In this document: positions 52,686 to 64,000 of the stretch, in pieces
Position numbering within the stretch: position 1 is the stretch's first letter
Layout: every line of letters begins with the position of its first letter
Origin: Octopus vulgaris
Taxonomy: Eukaryota
Assembly: GCA_951406725.2 (NCBI GenBank)
Contig: OX597820.1
Location: 76,756,001-76,820,000 of the forward strand
Direction of reading: 5' to 3'
Length of the DNA: 64,000 bases
Position numbers and translations under genes: made by a program
Notes under the pieces: model-generated
The model's input: only the letters and a program-made list of their open reading frames with translations
Told to the model about the DNA's origin: nothing
Databases searched by the model: none

Positions 52686-53010
52686 TCTCTTTTACTCTTT
52701 TACTCTTTTACTTGTTTCAGTCATTTGACTGCGGCCATGCTGGAACACCGCCTTTAGTCGATCAAATCGACCCCGGGACTTATTCTTTCTAAGTCCAGTA
52801 CTTATTCTATCGGCCTTTTTTGCCGAACCGCTAAGTGACGGGGACGTAAACACACCAGCATCGGTTGTCAAGCAATGCGAGGGGGACAAACACAGACACA
52901 CAAACACACACATACATATATATATACATATATACGACAGGCTTCTTTCAGTTTCCGTCTACCAAATCCACTCACAAGGCATTGGTCGGCCCGGGGCTAT
53001 AGCAGAAGAC
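52686..53010 (-). mobile_element. SINE family B, young, head truncated
   Basis: Near-identical to 22410-22790. Confidence 0.9.
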
Positions 53011-53068
<58 letters not shown>

Positions 53069-55647
53069 TATATATATAACTATCTTCATCTTCATCCTTT
53101 TCTATCGATCTTTCTATCTATTCATCTATCTAGCTATCGCATTCTCTCTCTCCTCATTCGGTTTCTGCTTGTACATACACACATGCGCGCGTACACACGC
53201 ACACACACGCACACACACGCACACACATATATGTATATATATACCGTTAAATGTCGGCAGTTTTAGGAGGTGAATACATTTATTTAACTTCTTGACGTCC
53301 TTAGGATTACCGCCGTTCCACAGCCATCGTTGTGTAGTAATACTTTTACTATATAGTAAAGTATGTTTATATGTTCATATTAATAAGCAGGCTATCCATT
53401 TTATACTCATAAACTATTGCAAATAAAGAAAGGTGGCTCATCAGATCACCAGAACATCACAGTTACGCCAACGGTTCAACTCTACATTGATGTAACCATG
53501 AGGCTGGCTCTGGTGACCAAATGCGCAGCTTATATTTCTCTACAATAATTTGGAAATATACAATTCTATCCTAGAATGCGTACCAAGCATATTGATGCAA
53601 ATGCTTATTGCACATTTAAAGGCTGCGAAACGGTTGTGAAGGCTTCGGTTAGCCGGGGCCATAATAGCTGATCTTTCTGAATGTGCCACAGTGTGGGACT
53701 GAAAACATTATCATTTGTTTGAGAAGTAATCTTCTTACCACAACGGCTTGACTTAGTTCAGCACGACTCGAAGTTTCGTAGCCTATGAAACTTTTAGTCG
53801 TATAGAATATAAGTAAGACTTAATAAATATGACTCCTATACACATGTATTTGTATAGGAGTATGTAAATGTGTGAGTGATTTTAGGAAAGGATGGTTAAA
53901 TGTTATGCAGATAGTGAAAAGAGAGAGACGTGGGTGGGGGATGTTTAATTTTATTAAATTCATCACTGAAATGTGGACGGAGACAATTAATTGCATTAAA
54001 GTCTCAGGAAATTTTAGCTGGATGTAATTTAGATATGAAGCATAAAACTAATTACAGTAAGTATTTACATTATACTGTTTCTGGTAGATTAATGGCCTCC
54101 CACTTATACACACGAGTACCTCATGATCAATAAGGACAATAACGACTAGCGTACAAATACACACACATATACACATGCATACACACACACATATATATGT
54201 ATATATGTACTCGTATGTAGACGGGTGTTAGTTTATATGGAAGTATACTTGCATATATATTTCTTCGTATATTCGTGTAATGTTTTTACGTAATATTGTA
54301 TACGCTCATATTATCGAACACTGTAATATTTGATATTAATTGCGGGAATAAAAGTAATTAAAAATAATGGCTGGATTTCTGAATAGTGAAATGAGAGAGG
54401 TCAGATATATGAACTAATCTATAGAAAACATAAGAGTAACGTAGACTAATAGTTCGAAAATATCGAATAATATTTCAAAAAATATATTTAAAAGTTTTTT
54501 TGATGTCGACAAAAATGTCAGCCAATGATTAATAATTGTATTTGTGTTGATTTTTATGGCTTAATTCTAAGCTTTATGTTCACTCTAAATGTTCACAAAT
54601 GGTACCAGTGAGTTTTTATTCATGCGTTAAATGATAATTTATTATGAATAAATCAACAGCTTTATATTTAACAGCAACTAAAATGAAATTAAAAATAGGA
54701 AATAAAATTGTCTTTCATATTGCTATCTATATAGCGAAGATAGAAACAACAGCGTTTTACAGAATGGAATTAATTGCGTGTTTAACAGGAAGAAACAAAA
54801 TTTAAAATAGAAAAAATACATTCTGTCTCGTACATTAAAAAAATCATTTAAAAATTCAGTACATTGGAAAAAATTTAAAGAGCGACAAATTCTTTAATTT
54901 TGTTCATTCATTGTCTATCTCATCTCATTTCAAATGCTATATACTGCAGAAAAATCTTTACCGATTTATTCTTTCATCAGCATGGCTATTTAAACTAAAA
55001 GAAAATAGTTGTTTCTTTATTTTTTGTCATTTACATGAAAGATTTCAGTGATTCATTTGCGAATTGTTAGTATCGCTTTGTTCTTTGTGTTGTTTTTGAT
55101 GTTGTATCTGTTACTGTCTTTGTTGTTCTTATGAATGTTTTTATGAGTTTAATATGGCTGGAATTCGGTAGAACACCAGTAAAAAAATTATCATTAACTA
55201 TTCCATTTTATTTGAAGTTCAAACCCTGTTAAGATAACTTTGTGCTTAGTGTCGATAAAATGTATTAAAACCCCTCCCAAAACTCCAAGTCTCGCGTCGA
55301 TGTTAGAAGTCAATATCAAATTTATGACGTTAGCAGAATCGCCCCAATCTCGTCCAAATGGCATGTCATATTTATTGGACTCTATATATTTTCATTTACA
55401 CTAGATTTCCAGAGCCTAAGAATTCGGAACCTTACCTAGACTCCCCGCTGTGTGGTACAAATTCCTCCGTGATCAAATTTGACATCCGTTTTCCTCTGGC
55501 GGATGAAATAATCTAATTGCTGTGTAATGAGGTCAGTTTACCGATAAATAACATAGATTTGAACCGACTATTATGATAGGACGACAAGTATCAGTCATGT
55601 ACACTAATTTATTTAACTGAATCCCAAAATGTTCTTTCTATGCGCGA

Positions 55648-55980
55648 AAATGAATCATAAAAAGATGAATCATAAATAAATAACAAACGATGGATAGTTG
55701 ACAATTAGAGTTCAGCAGTTCCCAACGATATTTTTGTTTTTTGATTAATGGGTACATTATATCATGATAAAAAACTGGCATGTGCATATTTTGAAATTCC
55801 ACAATCATCACAATTTGCAGAATGAGTTTGCCAAATCAAAACATGAAATGGTGTTTTTATAGCAGACGACTGCACTACGCCATGTGTGGGTAGGGTGTAT
55901 TTAAAATTTATAGTCCCGAAGGCGGTTAGTCTCTCATGGAGGAGGTTGCAGGTTCAAGCGACAAGAATACGTACATATAT
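55648..55980 (+). repeat. Diverged local direct duplication, partner 60930-61315
   Basis: ataaataacaaacgatggata, ggcatgtg.atattttga.attccac, gcagaatgag.ttgccaaat, tgtgggtagggtgtatttaa shared in order. Confidence 0.85.
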
Positions 55981-56198
55981 ATGTATATATACATAAACAC
56001 ACACACACACACACACATATGTGTGTGTGTGTGTGTGTGTATAAGTGTGTGCGTGTGTATGTGTATATATATATGTATAAATTTAAATAATCAGAAAATG
56101 GAGAAAACTTATGATCAACAATCAAACAAATTGAACCACATTGGTTGATTATTTTTCAATATAAAAACATGACTTAAAACATATCCCCGCTTAGCTTT

Positions 56199-56249
<51 letters not shown>

Positions 56250-56252
<3 letters not shown>

Positions 56253-56648
56253 GGGTACTACTATACATAAATGCCTCACGCTAGGAGGAACTCTTAAAGT
56301 CAAAACTACCATAATAAACGCGTTGTACCGAACACGAGGGAATGCAACACTCGAAGTGAGCCTTTTAAAAGAGATGCAATTTGAAAAGCCCGCCTCTTAC
56401 ATAGGTATATAAATGCGAACACTTCTATGAACTATGTTCAATTATATATGTCTTGATTATGTCTGCACTGACCATTAAAAAGTGCATTTTTTGCACTAAT
56501 TATCAAACCATATGATCTGCGACGGAATCTGTTTTCAAAAGGCTCGCTTCGAGAGTTGCATTCCCTCGCGTTCGGTACAATGTGATTATTATTGTAGTTT
56601 TGACTTTAAGAGTCCCTCCTAGCGTGAGGCATTTATGTGATGCCCTTA
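56250..56648. mobile_element. MITE with ~125-bp TIRs (taaggg...ccctta)
   Basis: cataaatgcctcacgctaggagg.actcttaaagtcaaaactac is the reverse complement of gtagttttgactttaagagtccctcctagcgtgaggcatttatg; superfamily not assignable. Confidence 0.85.
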
Positions 56649-56769
56649 ATATAAATAAATATATTTAAAGGTAATAATTAAAATTTTTTTCCTGTATGAG
56701 GGTTTTCACGCTAACTACTTGATAAATTCTTATAAAGATTTTATCCTATTTTCAAATTATATATATATA

Positions 56770-56935
56770 GTGAGAATTTGCAAAAAAATAGCAAAAGGCA
56801 GGTGTATTAGTTTAACGCTGGGGAAGTGAAAATGTCTTTTACGTTTCAAGCCTACGCTCTTCAACAGAAAGGAACTCAGAAATAAACAGGGAGAAAAAAT
56901 AGAAAAATGTATAGTGAATAGCGATGTATAATGAA
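56770..56935 (-). mobile_element. PLE pLTR-like short repeat with variant hammerhead at 56836-56871
   Basis: Minus strand cttt CTGTTGAA gagc gtag gctt GAAA cg TA aaag. Confidence 0.6.
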
Positions 56936-57387
56936 GTAAAAATAGCTCTAGAATACTAAATATTGTTAAATATACTTGTGTATATATTTTGTGTATGTTC
57001 CGGTGGTCGTAATGGCGTAGCGGTGTATATAACTCCCAAGTCACCGATGTTTCTTGCCTCGAGCTCAAGGTATGAGGTGATGTCAAATACTGAGAAGGAG
57101 AAATCAAGACAGATCATCTTGGTTACCGCTATATTGAGTCCAGCTCAATGTTTTCAATCACAAACACAATAGTTTGTCTATTTAAGAGAGAGAATACATC
57201 TGCTTGTTTAGCTGCTAGAAACTTTCACACAATACTTTAAAATATTTCAAATGTAACTTTTTGCAACCGAAACTGCAGTGACATCAATCCTGCTAAAACT
57301 GAGCGAGATACAATTAGCAAGGCCATCATTTTCCAACTAATAATAAAACCGTAGACTCTCTTAAGAAAACAGTTTTGTAATATATTG

Positions 57388-57578
57388 GTTTCAATCTTTG
57401 GCACAAAGTCAGCCATTTTGTGTAGGGGAGTTAGTCGATGATATCAACTCCAATTCTCAATAGATGTTTATTTTATTGAGCCTGGATTGAATTCGAACTC
57501 AGAACGTAAAGACGGACAAAATAGCGTTAAGCATTTATCCCGACGTGCTATTTGTTCAGCCAGCTAGCTGCCTTCAAA
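57388..57578 (-). mobile_element. SINE family A, degenerate
   Basis: Flanked by TSD-like gttttgtaatatattg / gttttataatatattg. Confidence 0.7.
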
Positions 57579-58882
57579 GTTTTATAATATATTGATTAGA
57601 TATTTGACACACACACTCACGAAAACTAATTTCGTAGAATTTGAAATCGTCGTATTTTTTTGTCTATTACTGATCAGATTTAATGAAGGCCTTATAATAC
57701 TGTTACAAAAATAGGTCAACATTGATTTGCACAAGTAAATCTTTTACATCATATTAGCATTTTGCTCTCCCTGCGGGCTGTCTTGATGGAGCTGAAGTTT
57801 GCAGTCTAATAAGATTATATTTTATACAGTCTACGATGAAAATCAGTTTCTATAGATTTACATTTATGTAGAAACGAAATTTTACTTGTGAAATCAAGGC
57901 TTCTGTTTTAAGAAATTGTGTATTCGGCTCATGATCATAACGTTCTGAGTTCGATTCTCGGTGGTGTGTAATGTCCTTGAAGAAGACATTTTATTCCCAG
58001 TCTCGTTTTCCAAGTCTCGCTCCCGTTTCGTTTTCCTTTCGTCTCTATATTTTAACTTGTGTATGTTGTTGCTGCTGTGCATTTGAGAAATGCTTCAGTG
58101 AGGCATTGAGGCCTTTCTAGTAGTATGTATCTTTTGAAGGGCTTCGAAACTCCTCATAAAGAAGGGTAGCACGTTTGAGCTACCTGTGAAAATATATGTT
58201 GTAATGTATTTCTAACGCTCAGTCTTCTCACATTCTGTATTACATCGAATATCCCTGGGAACTACGTTCAGGGTACAAGTGTCTGTGGAGTCCTCAACCT
58301 CTTGCACGTTAATTTCAGGAGTAGACTGTTCCGTTAATCGAACCAACTAGAACCCTTGTCATTATATCCGATGTAGTGTCGGTATGTAATAACTATAATG
58401 GTGCAGACTTAGTCCCGAAATTTATTTAATACATTTAATCTTTTGATATTAAGTCTATTGATATTATTAGCGCAAACACTAATATAATTTGCACAATAGC
58501 TAGTTTTCTTTGTCTAGCATCATGTATTTACAGCTCTCATAGGAAATGAAACGAAATTATGTCACATTTAACAAGACTTGACATATTGTACTTTTATTAC
58601 GAATAATTTGCGAATTTCCCGATTATTTTCTGATGGAGAGTTACTAAGACGAACTACTCTCCATTATGAGGAATTTGGAAGCCGTTTAAACGACACATAC
58701 TGCTACGTCTGCCCCACTAAGACCATTCCCAAACGAAGAGATACAAAATCGTTAAAAAGTTAAGATATAGGGACGGTAGAAAAACGATACCAGTAGTATA
58801 ACTAGGATGGTCTTGAAAAACAATATGGACTAGGATGGTATGTTCCACTAATCCTTTGAAAGTGCTTCCCCAGTGGAAACAA

Positions 58883-58933
<51 letters not shown>

Positions 58934-58997
58934 CTTGTGTGTATGTGTGTGTATGTATGTATGTATGTATGTAAATGGGGTTATAATCCCGAAATAG

Positions 58998-59210
58998 TCT
59001 TTCTAACCTAGGCACAAGGCTCGTAATTTTGGGACAAAAGGCCAGTGGAATAGATCGACCCCAGCACGCAACTGGAACTTATTTTATGGATCCTGAAAGG
59101 ATAAAAGGCAAAGTTGATCATGGCGGAATATGAACCAAGACCTTAACGGCATTCGAAATACGGCTAAGCATTTCACCCGGCGTGCTAACGTTTCTGCCAG
59201 CTCGCCGCCT
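58998..59210 (-). mobile_element. SINE family A
   Basis: Head ccggcgtgctaacgtttctgccagctcgcc on minus strand. Confidence 0.8.
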
Positions 59211-60110
59211 TTATAACCCTGAATTACTGGATACAATGTAAGTCTACATTAATTTGTTTTCTTGCTATTTATCTTGCATTTACTTACTGTAGTAGTTGAA
59301 TAATATTATTAAGGTCATATTTTATTCACACGAAGCATATTCAGAATTTTGTCGCTAATTAAGTTCTTAACAAAATTGAAAACCGTTAACATTTTCAAAG
59401 AGGACTGTTCCTTAGCAACATTTTGGCATAAACAAATTGAGATTTGGTCCAGTTGAAAAAAGTTTACTTCAAAATTTGTAGCAACATCACAGGGGAGTCA
59501 CTCCTATCAATTTTAGATCTAAACATATTTTTTTTATTTTAAAAGCAAAATATAGTTACCTTATCTTCAATGACAGGAGAAAGCATGAGGAATTTAATAG
59601 TTTTGGTCTCACGCAACAAAAAATTCCATCAAAAATGTTGAGGTAAAATTTCATGAAAAAAGTATAAGACAAAAACTTGGATTTAAGGATGATTAAACTT
59701 TTTATTATAAAAGCAAGCTATATTTTAATCAAGCTTAAATGATAGAGCTTACTTCGAGTAATTTCATGATATTACTTTCATGCAATGAAGTTTTAAAAAA
59801 AAAAAAACGTTATGAGTGTTTACGTCTCAAATTTGAGGGTGATACTAAAGTTCTATACCATTTTATAGTTATAAAAGGGGACTTTTAATATATGTCGCCG
59901 GCATCATTGATGTAAGGAAGAAATTATCAATGACACCGCTAATTTGCAATTAGTTTAATAACGCCATCTGTATTAATTAATGCAATTATATGATGCAAAC
60001 TCATTCCCGAACTGAGACGAGAAAGAAGTTTTAAAAGAAAAACGTTATGTTTGTTTCTTAAATTTGAGGGTGATAATATAGTTCTATATATTTTGTTTAC
60101 GAATAATAAA

Positions 60111-60614
60111 CTTAAGATTATAAACTTAGACCAGCACTGGAAAAGTTATTGCACTTGGAAAGGTCTAGGACAAGTTTTGCATCTGGTAAAGTACAGAACA
60201 ATATTGCAGCTAAGGATAAAATTTGAATATTAAAAATGATTTCATTTTAATTTACAAAGTAACAAACTAATAATGTACTATTATCATTTTTATTGAAATA
60301 TTCTCAAATTTCGAATTATTAATTAATAATTAGAAAAATGAATTTTTAAAGTACCAAAAATATTTTAATTAAGATAATTTTATTTTTAATTAAAGTAACA
60401 AGTAAAATGATTAGAAGTAATAACTTGTAATGAAATTTTTAGTTCTAATAAAAACTAATATTTTCCAAATCTCAATATTCTATTTGAAATTTTCTCCTTA
60501 GCTGCAATATTTCAAGTAAAAATTTTCTTGCTCTTTACCAGATATAATAAATTGTCCTGGACTATTCCAAGTATAATAAAATGTCCTGTACTTTTCCAAG
60601 TTTATAATCTTAAG
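60111..60614. mobile_element. Old MITE/foldback with ~105-bp imperfect TIRs
   Basis: cttaagattataaactt / aagtttataatcttaag and aatattgcagctaagga / tccttagctgcaatatt. Confidence 0.75.
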
Positions 60615-61344
60615 AATATTATGTCTCTTGCTCGCATTTATCCATGTAACATATATATATATATATATATATACATATAGATGCACGTAAATAAGGCACT
60701 CAAATTGCAAGGCACCGATTCGTGTCAAAATGAAAATACACACACGAACTATAAACGAATACAAGCATCGGTACGGAGGTAGCGGCAGAAATATATTCAG
60801 GCTATGTATATAATTAATTGAACCCAACTGAGTATATTACTAGCACTTGGGATAATCCAAAGACGCACATGTATTATATGTACGTTCCATAATATGCATC
60901 GAGACACGCGAGGAGCAGGTTCTGAGGGAAGTGAATCATAAATAAATGAATAAATAACAAACGATGGATAAGTGTCAATTCATTACAGCTGCTCCCAACA
61001 TATTTTTAATTGATGAAATGGTACATCTAATCATTATAAGAAAAAACCTTTTCTGCAGATGAATACACGATCAACATTTTAGAACACGTCTAAAAACATT
61101 TAAAACCCACGGCATGTGTATATTTTGAGATTCCACGATCGTCGCTGGTCGCAGAATGAGATTGCCAAATTAAGACAAATTAAATGGTAGTTCTACAGCA
61201 GAGGACTGCAAGATGCCATATGTGGGTAGGGTGTATTTAAGATGAATAGCCCTGAAGGCAGTTACTATGTCATTGAGGAGTTTGCAGTTTCGAGCGATGA
61301 AAATACAAACATATATATATGTCTATATATTTATATGTATATAT

Positions 61345-61510
61345 ACTCTTTACTCTTTTACTTGTTTCAGTCAGTTGACTGCGGCCATGCTGGAGCACCG
61401 CCTTTAGTCGAGCAAATCGAACCCGGGACTTATTGTTTGTAAGCCTAGTACTTATTCTATCGGTCTCTTTCGCCGAACCGCTAAGTGAAGGGGACGTAAA
61501 CACACCAGCA
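61345..61510 (-). mobile_element. SINE family B 3' half, truncated at the tandem array
   Basis: Near-identical to 52700-52860 up to cacaccagca. Confidence 0.9.
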
Positions 61511-61764
61511 CCAGAAAGTGTGTCTATGGCCAGCTGGAGGAGTGTGTCCTCCTGGGGCTAAAAACTACAGTAGCATCCACCCTTAGGGGTTAGCCATATT
61601 GAAATGGCAAATATACGTCACGATGTGTTACCGCTACTGTAGATAACTCACTTTGATATTTATCATTGTTTGATTTCACTTTTTCAATATCAGCGACAGT
61701 GGACGCTGGAAAAAGTATAAGTATTTGTGAAGGAAATCTAATTCTCGCCGACAACTGTGATTGT

Positions 61765-61809
61765 CACACGCTGACGAGAGGTCAATACCTCGAAACTCGA
61801 GTCCGTGTG
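61765..61809 (+). ncRNA. Minimal type I hammerhead ribozyme
   Basis: cacacg CTGACGA gagg tcaata cctc GAAA c tcga g TC cgtgtg; fully canonical core, predicted cut after C61803. Confidence 0.92.
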
Positions 61810-62116
61810 TATCATAAGTTGAAGACGGGAGGATGACTTCCCTTTGCAAATACTGACAGGACACAGAAAGTGTGTCTATGGCCAGCTGGAGGAGTGTGTT
61901 CTCCTGGGGCTAAAAACTACAGTAGCATCCACCCTTAGGGGTTAGCCATATTGAAATGGCAAATATACGTCACGACGTGTTACCGCTACTGTAGATAACT
62001 CACTTTGATATTTATCATTGTTTGATTTCACGTTTTCAATATCAGCGACAGTGGACGCTGGAAAAAGTATAAGTATTTGTGAAGGAAATCTAATTCTCGC
62101 CGACAACTGTGATTGT

Positions 62117-62161
62117 CACACGCTGACGAGAGGTCAATACCTCGAAACTCGAGTCCGTGTG
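62117..62161 (+). ncRNA. Minimal type I hammerhead ribozyme
   Basis: Identical to 61765-61809; predicted cut after C62155. Confidence 0.92.
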
Positions 62162-62325
62162 TATCATAAGTTGAAGACGGGAAGGATGACTTCCCTTTGC
62201 AAATACTGACAGGACACAGAAAGTGTGTCTATGGCCAGCTGGAGGAGTGTGTCCTCCTGGGGCTAAAAACTACAGTAGCATCCACCCTTAGGGGTTAGCC
62301 ATATTGAAATGGCAAATATACGTCA

Positions 62326-62362
<37 letters not shown>

Positions 62363-62382
62363 ATACATATATATGACATATA

Positions 62383-62718
62383 AAGACCCCCTTCGGTCAT
62401 GAATGACCATGGGATTGCACCTAGAAAGTTACCCTCCTAGACACAAGTCCGGGCAAGGTTGTTTATGGAAGACCAGCAGTCGCCCATGCATACCAGCCTC
62501 CCCTCTCCACGCCACCAGTGTTATCCAAGGGAAATACAAAGGTTGATACAGCTTGGCACCAGTGACGTCGCAACTCATTTCTACAGCTGAGTGAACTGGA
62601 GCAACGTGAAATAAAGTGCCTTGCACAAGAACACGACACGCAGTCCGGTCCGGGATTCGAGCTCACAACCTCACGATCGTAAGCTCGACGCTCTAACCAC
62701 TGAGCCATGCGCCTTCAC
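62383..62718 (-). mobile_element. tRNA-derived SINE with family C-like head and a different tail (family E)
   Basis: Head gaaggcgcatggctcagtggttagagc...gagctcgaatcc on minus; TSD atatgacatata at 62371-62382 and 62719-62730. Confidence 0.85.
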
Positions 62719-62996
62719 ATATGACATATATATATATATGATATATAATATATATATGATATACATATATATGATATATATATGATATATATATATATAT
62801 GATATATATATATATGATATATATATTAGAGGAAAGGAACAACGAAGAATAAGGCAGAACGAGTGTCTGAAGTCATTTATAATAATCCAGTGTAAGGGGA
62901 ATTTGTTATCCCACAAACAGCTGTAAGGCTTCAAATTCACCTTATTATAAATGACTTGAAATGCTCATCCTGCCTTGGTTAATGTTGACCTTTTCC

Positions 62997-63064
<68 letters not shown>

Positions 63065-63726
63065 TGCTTATATATATGTGTGTGTCTGTATTTATGTGTG
63101 TAAAATCTAGTTGATGTAATCTTTAATCTTTGATCGCATGTGTTAGCAATTAATTGCTAATTAATTTTTCTTCATCAAGGATCTCCATTGATAGAGTACG
63201 ATAGGCAATTCCTTTGATATAGCTGCATGATTAAACGAAGTGTAATTTATTGAATTTTGTATCTAAAGGCGAAATTAAATAAGTATAGAAAATTGAAATT
63301 TAATTGAGCACTAATATTCATTAAATAAGACTCAGTTTTGCATTTAATTTCCTCAAAATATTATATTAGGAACGCAACATATTCAGTCATCAAGTTTGCA
63401 TTAATTTTATGTGTCTGTGTTTAGCTTTCGCTTCTAGTTCATATATAAAAAAAAATACTATAAAATATCATTTTGTTATTGCTATGCAATCTGTAATTTT
63501 TCTTGATTATTTCTAACTAGATTTAAGGATGGGCTTTCAACGTTAATGTTTTCTAAATAAAAATAATTTGCATCGGGATTTTAAGTTTTTGATTAAATTC
63601 GCGAGAAGATTGTTTCTTGTACAAAAATAAAGAAAATCAATATTTATTTATCTCACAGATGTGTGTCAGAAATAATTCAATAGACTAACATTTTCTAATT
63701 GCATAGATATGTTTATTAATGATTAG

Positions 63727-64000
63727 TTATTATTATTCGTCTTGATTCAGGCTTGGCCTTGTTCATGTTAGAATTTATGTGGGTAGCGCATTAAAACCTG
63801 TAACATTAGATATCTACAATCTTTCAATAACCCTCTGATAATCTTTCCTGTTCTAAGAGACAAACTTTTTGTAGCAGCTCTACTGGACATTCCATTCTAA
63901 TCTCCTTCAACCATTTGTGTATATCATTACTTAAAGTCACTAATGCACCAATTATGAGTGGCACAGTTTTAAATATTCTGAATTCTCGCTACCTCAAATT
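63727..64000 (-). pseudogene. R4/Dong-type element 3' end (RLE C-terminus, 3' UTR, TAA tail); continues beyond window
   Basis: KTVPLIIGALVTLSNDIHKWLKEIRMECPVELLQKVCLL then a frameshift to TGKIIRGLL; ends gaataataataa. Confidence 0.8.

Larger units (their letters stand above)
61512..62329 (+). mobile_element. Retrozyme-like tandem array: ~2.3 units of 352-353 nt, one hammerhead per unit
   Basis: cagaaagtgtgtctatggcc at 61512, 61864 and 62217; units differ at only ~4-5 positions; non-coding. Confidence 0.9.

Noticed and set aside
61512-62329. CRISPR-like or satellite interpretation of the tandem array
   Set aside because: Units are wholly repeated with no unique spacers, and the context is eukaryotic; one hammerhead per unit explains it better.
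62640-62718. tRNA genes at SINE heads (also 2222, 4370-4445, 17867, 42738)
   Set aside because: A/B boxes are present but continue into SINE bodies with TSDs; no complete cloverleaf.

Overview
AT-rich eukaryotic non-coding DNA saturated with microsatellites and transposable elements. The tRNA-derived SINE families and the density of (TA)n/(CA)n/(TAA)n tracts suggest an octopus-type cephalopod genome (inference from repeat recognition, no search run). No host protein-coding gene can be supported, and nearly all ORFs in the track are microsatellite read-throughs. Real coding remnants all belong to mobile elements: two Penelope-like (PLE) GIY-YIG regions, an internally deleted CR1/L2-type LINE, several R4/Dong-type RLE fragments and three mariner pieces. 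There are also two non-autonomous Helitrons and several MITEs/foldbacks. The main unexpected signal is a set of hammerhead ribozyme (HHR) motifs from at least six unrelated repeat families. These include a young ~352-nt tandem array with canonical minimal type I HHRs (retrozyme-like, 61512-62329) and two diverged copies of a candidate hammerhead whose core strands occur in non-circularly permuted order (23015-23077, 52503-52564). Two further families carry consistent non-canonical cores (CUGUNGAA; CUGANGCG). All structures were parsed by eye, and SINE and element boundaries are approximate to about 10-20 nt.
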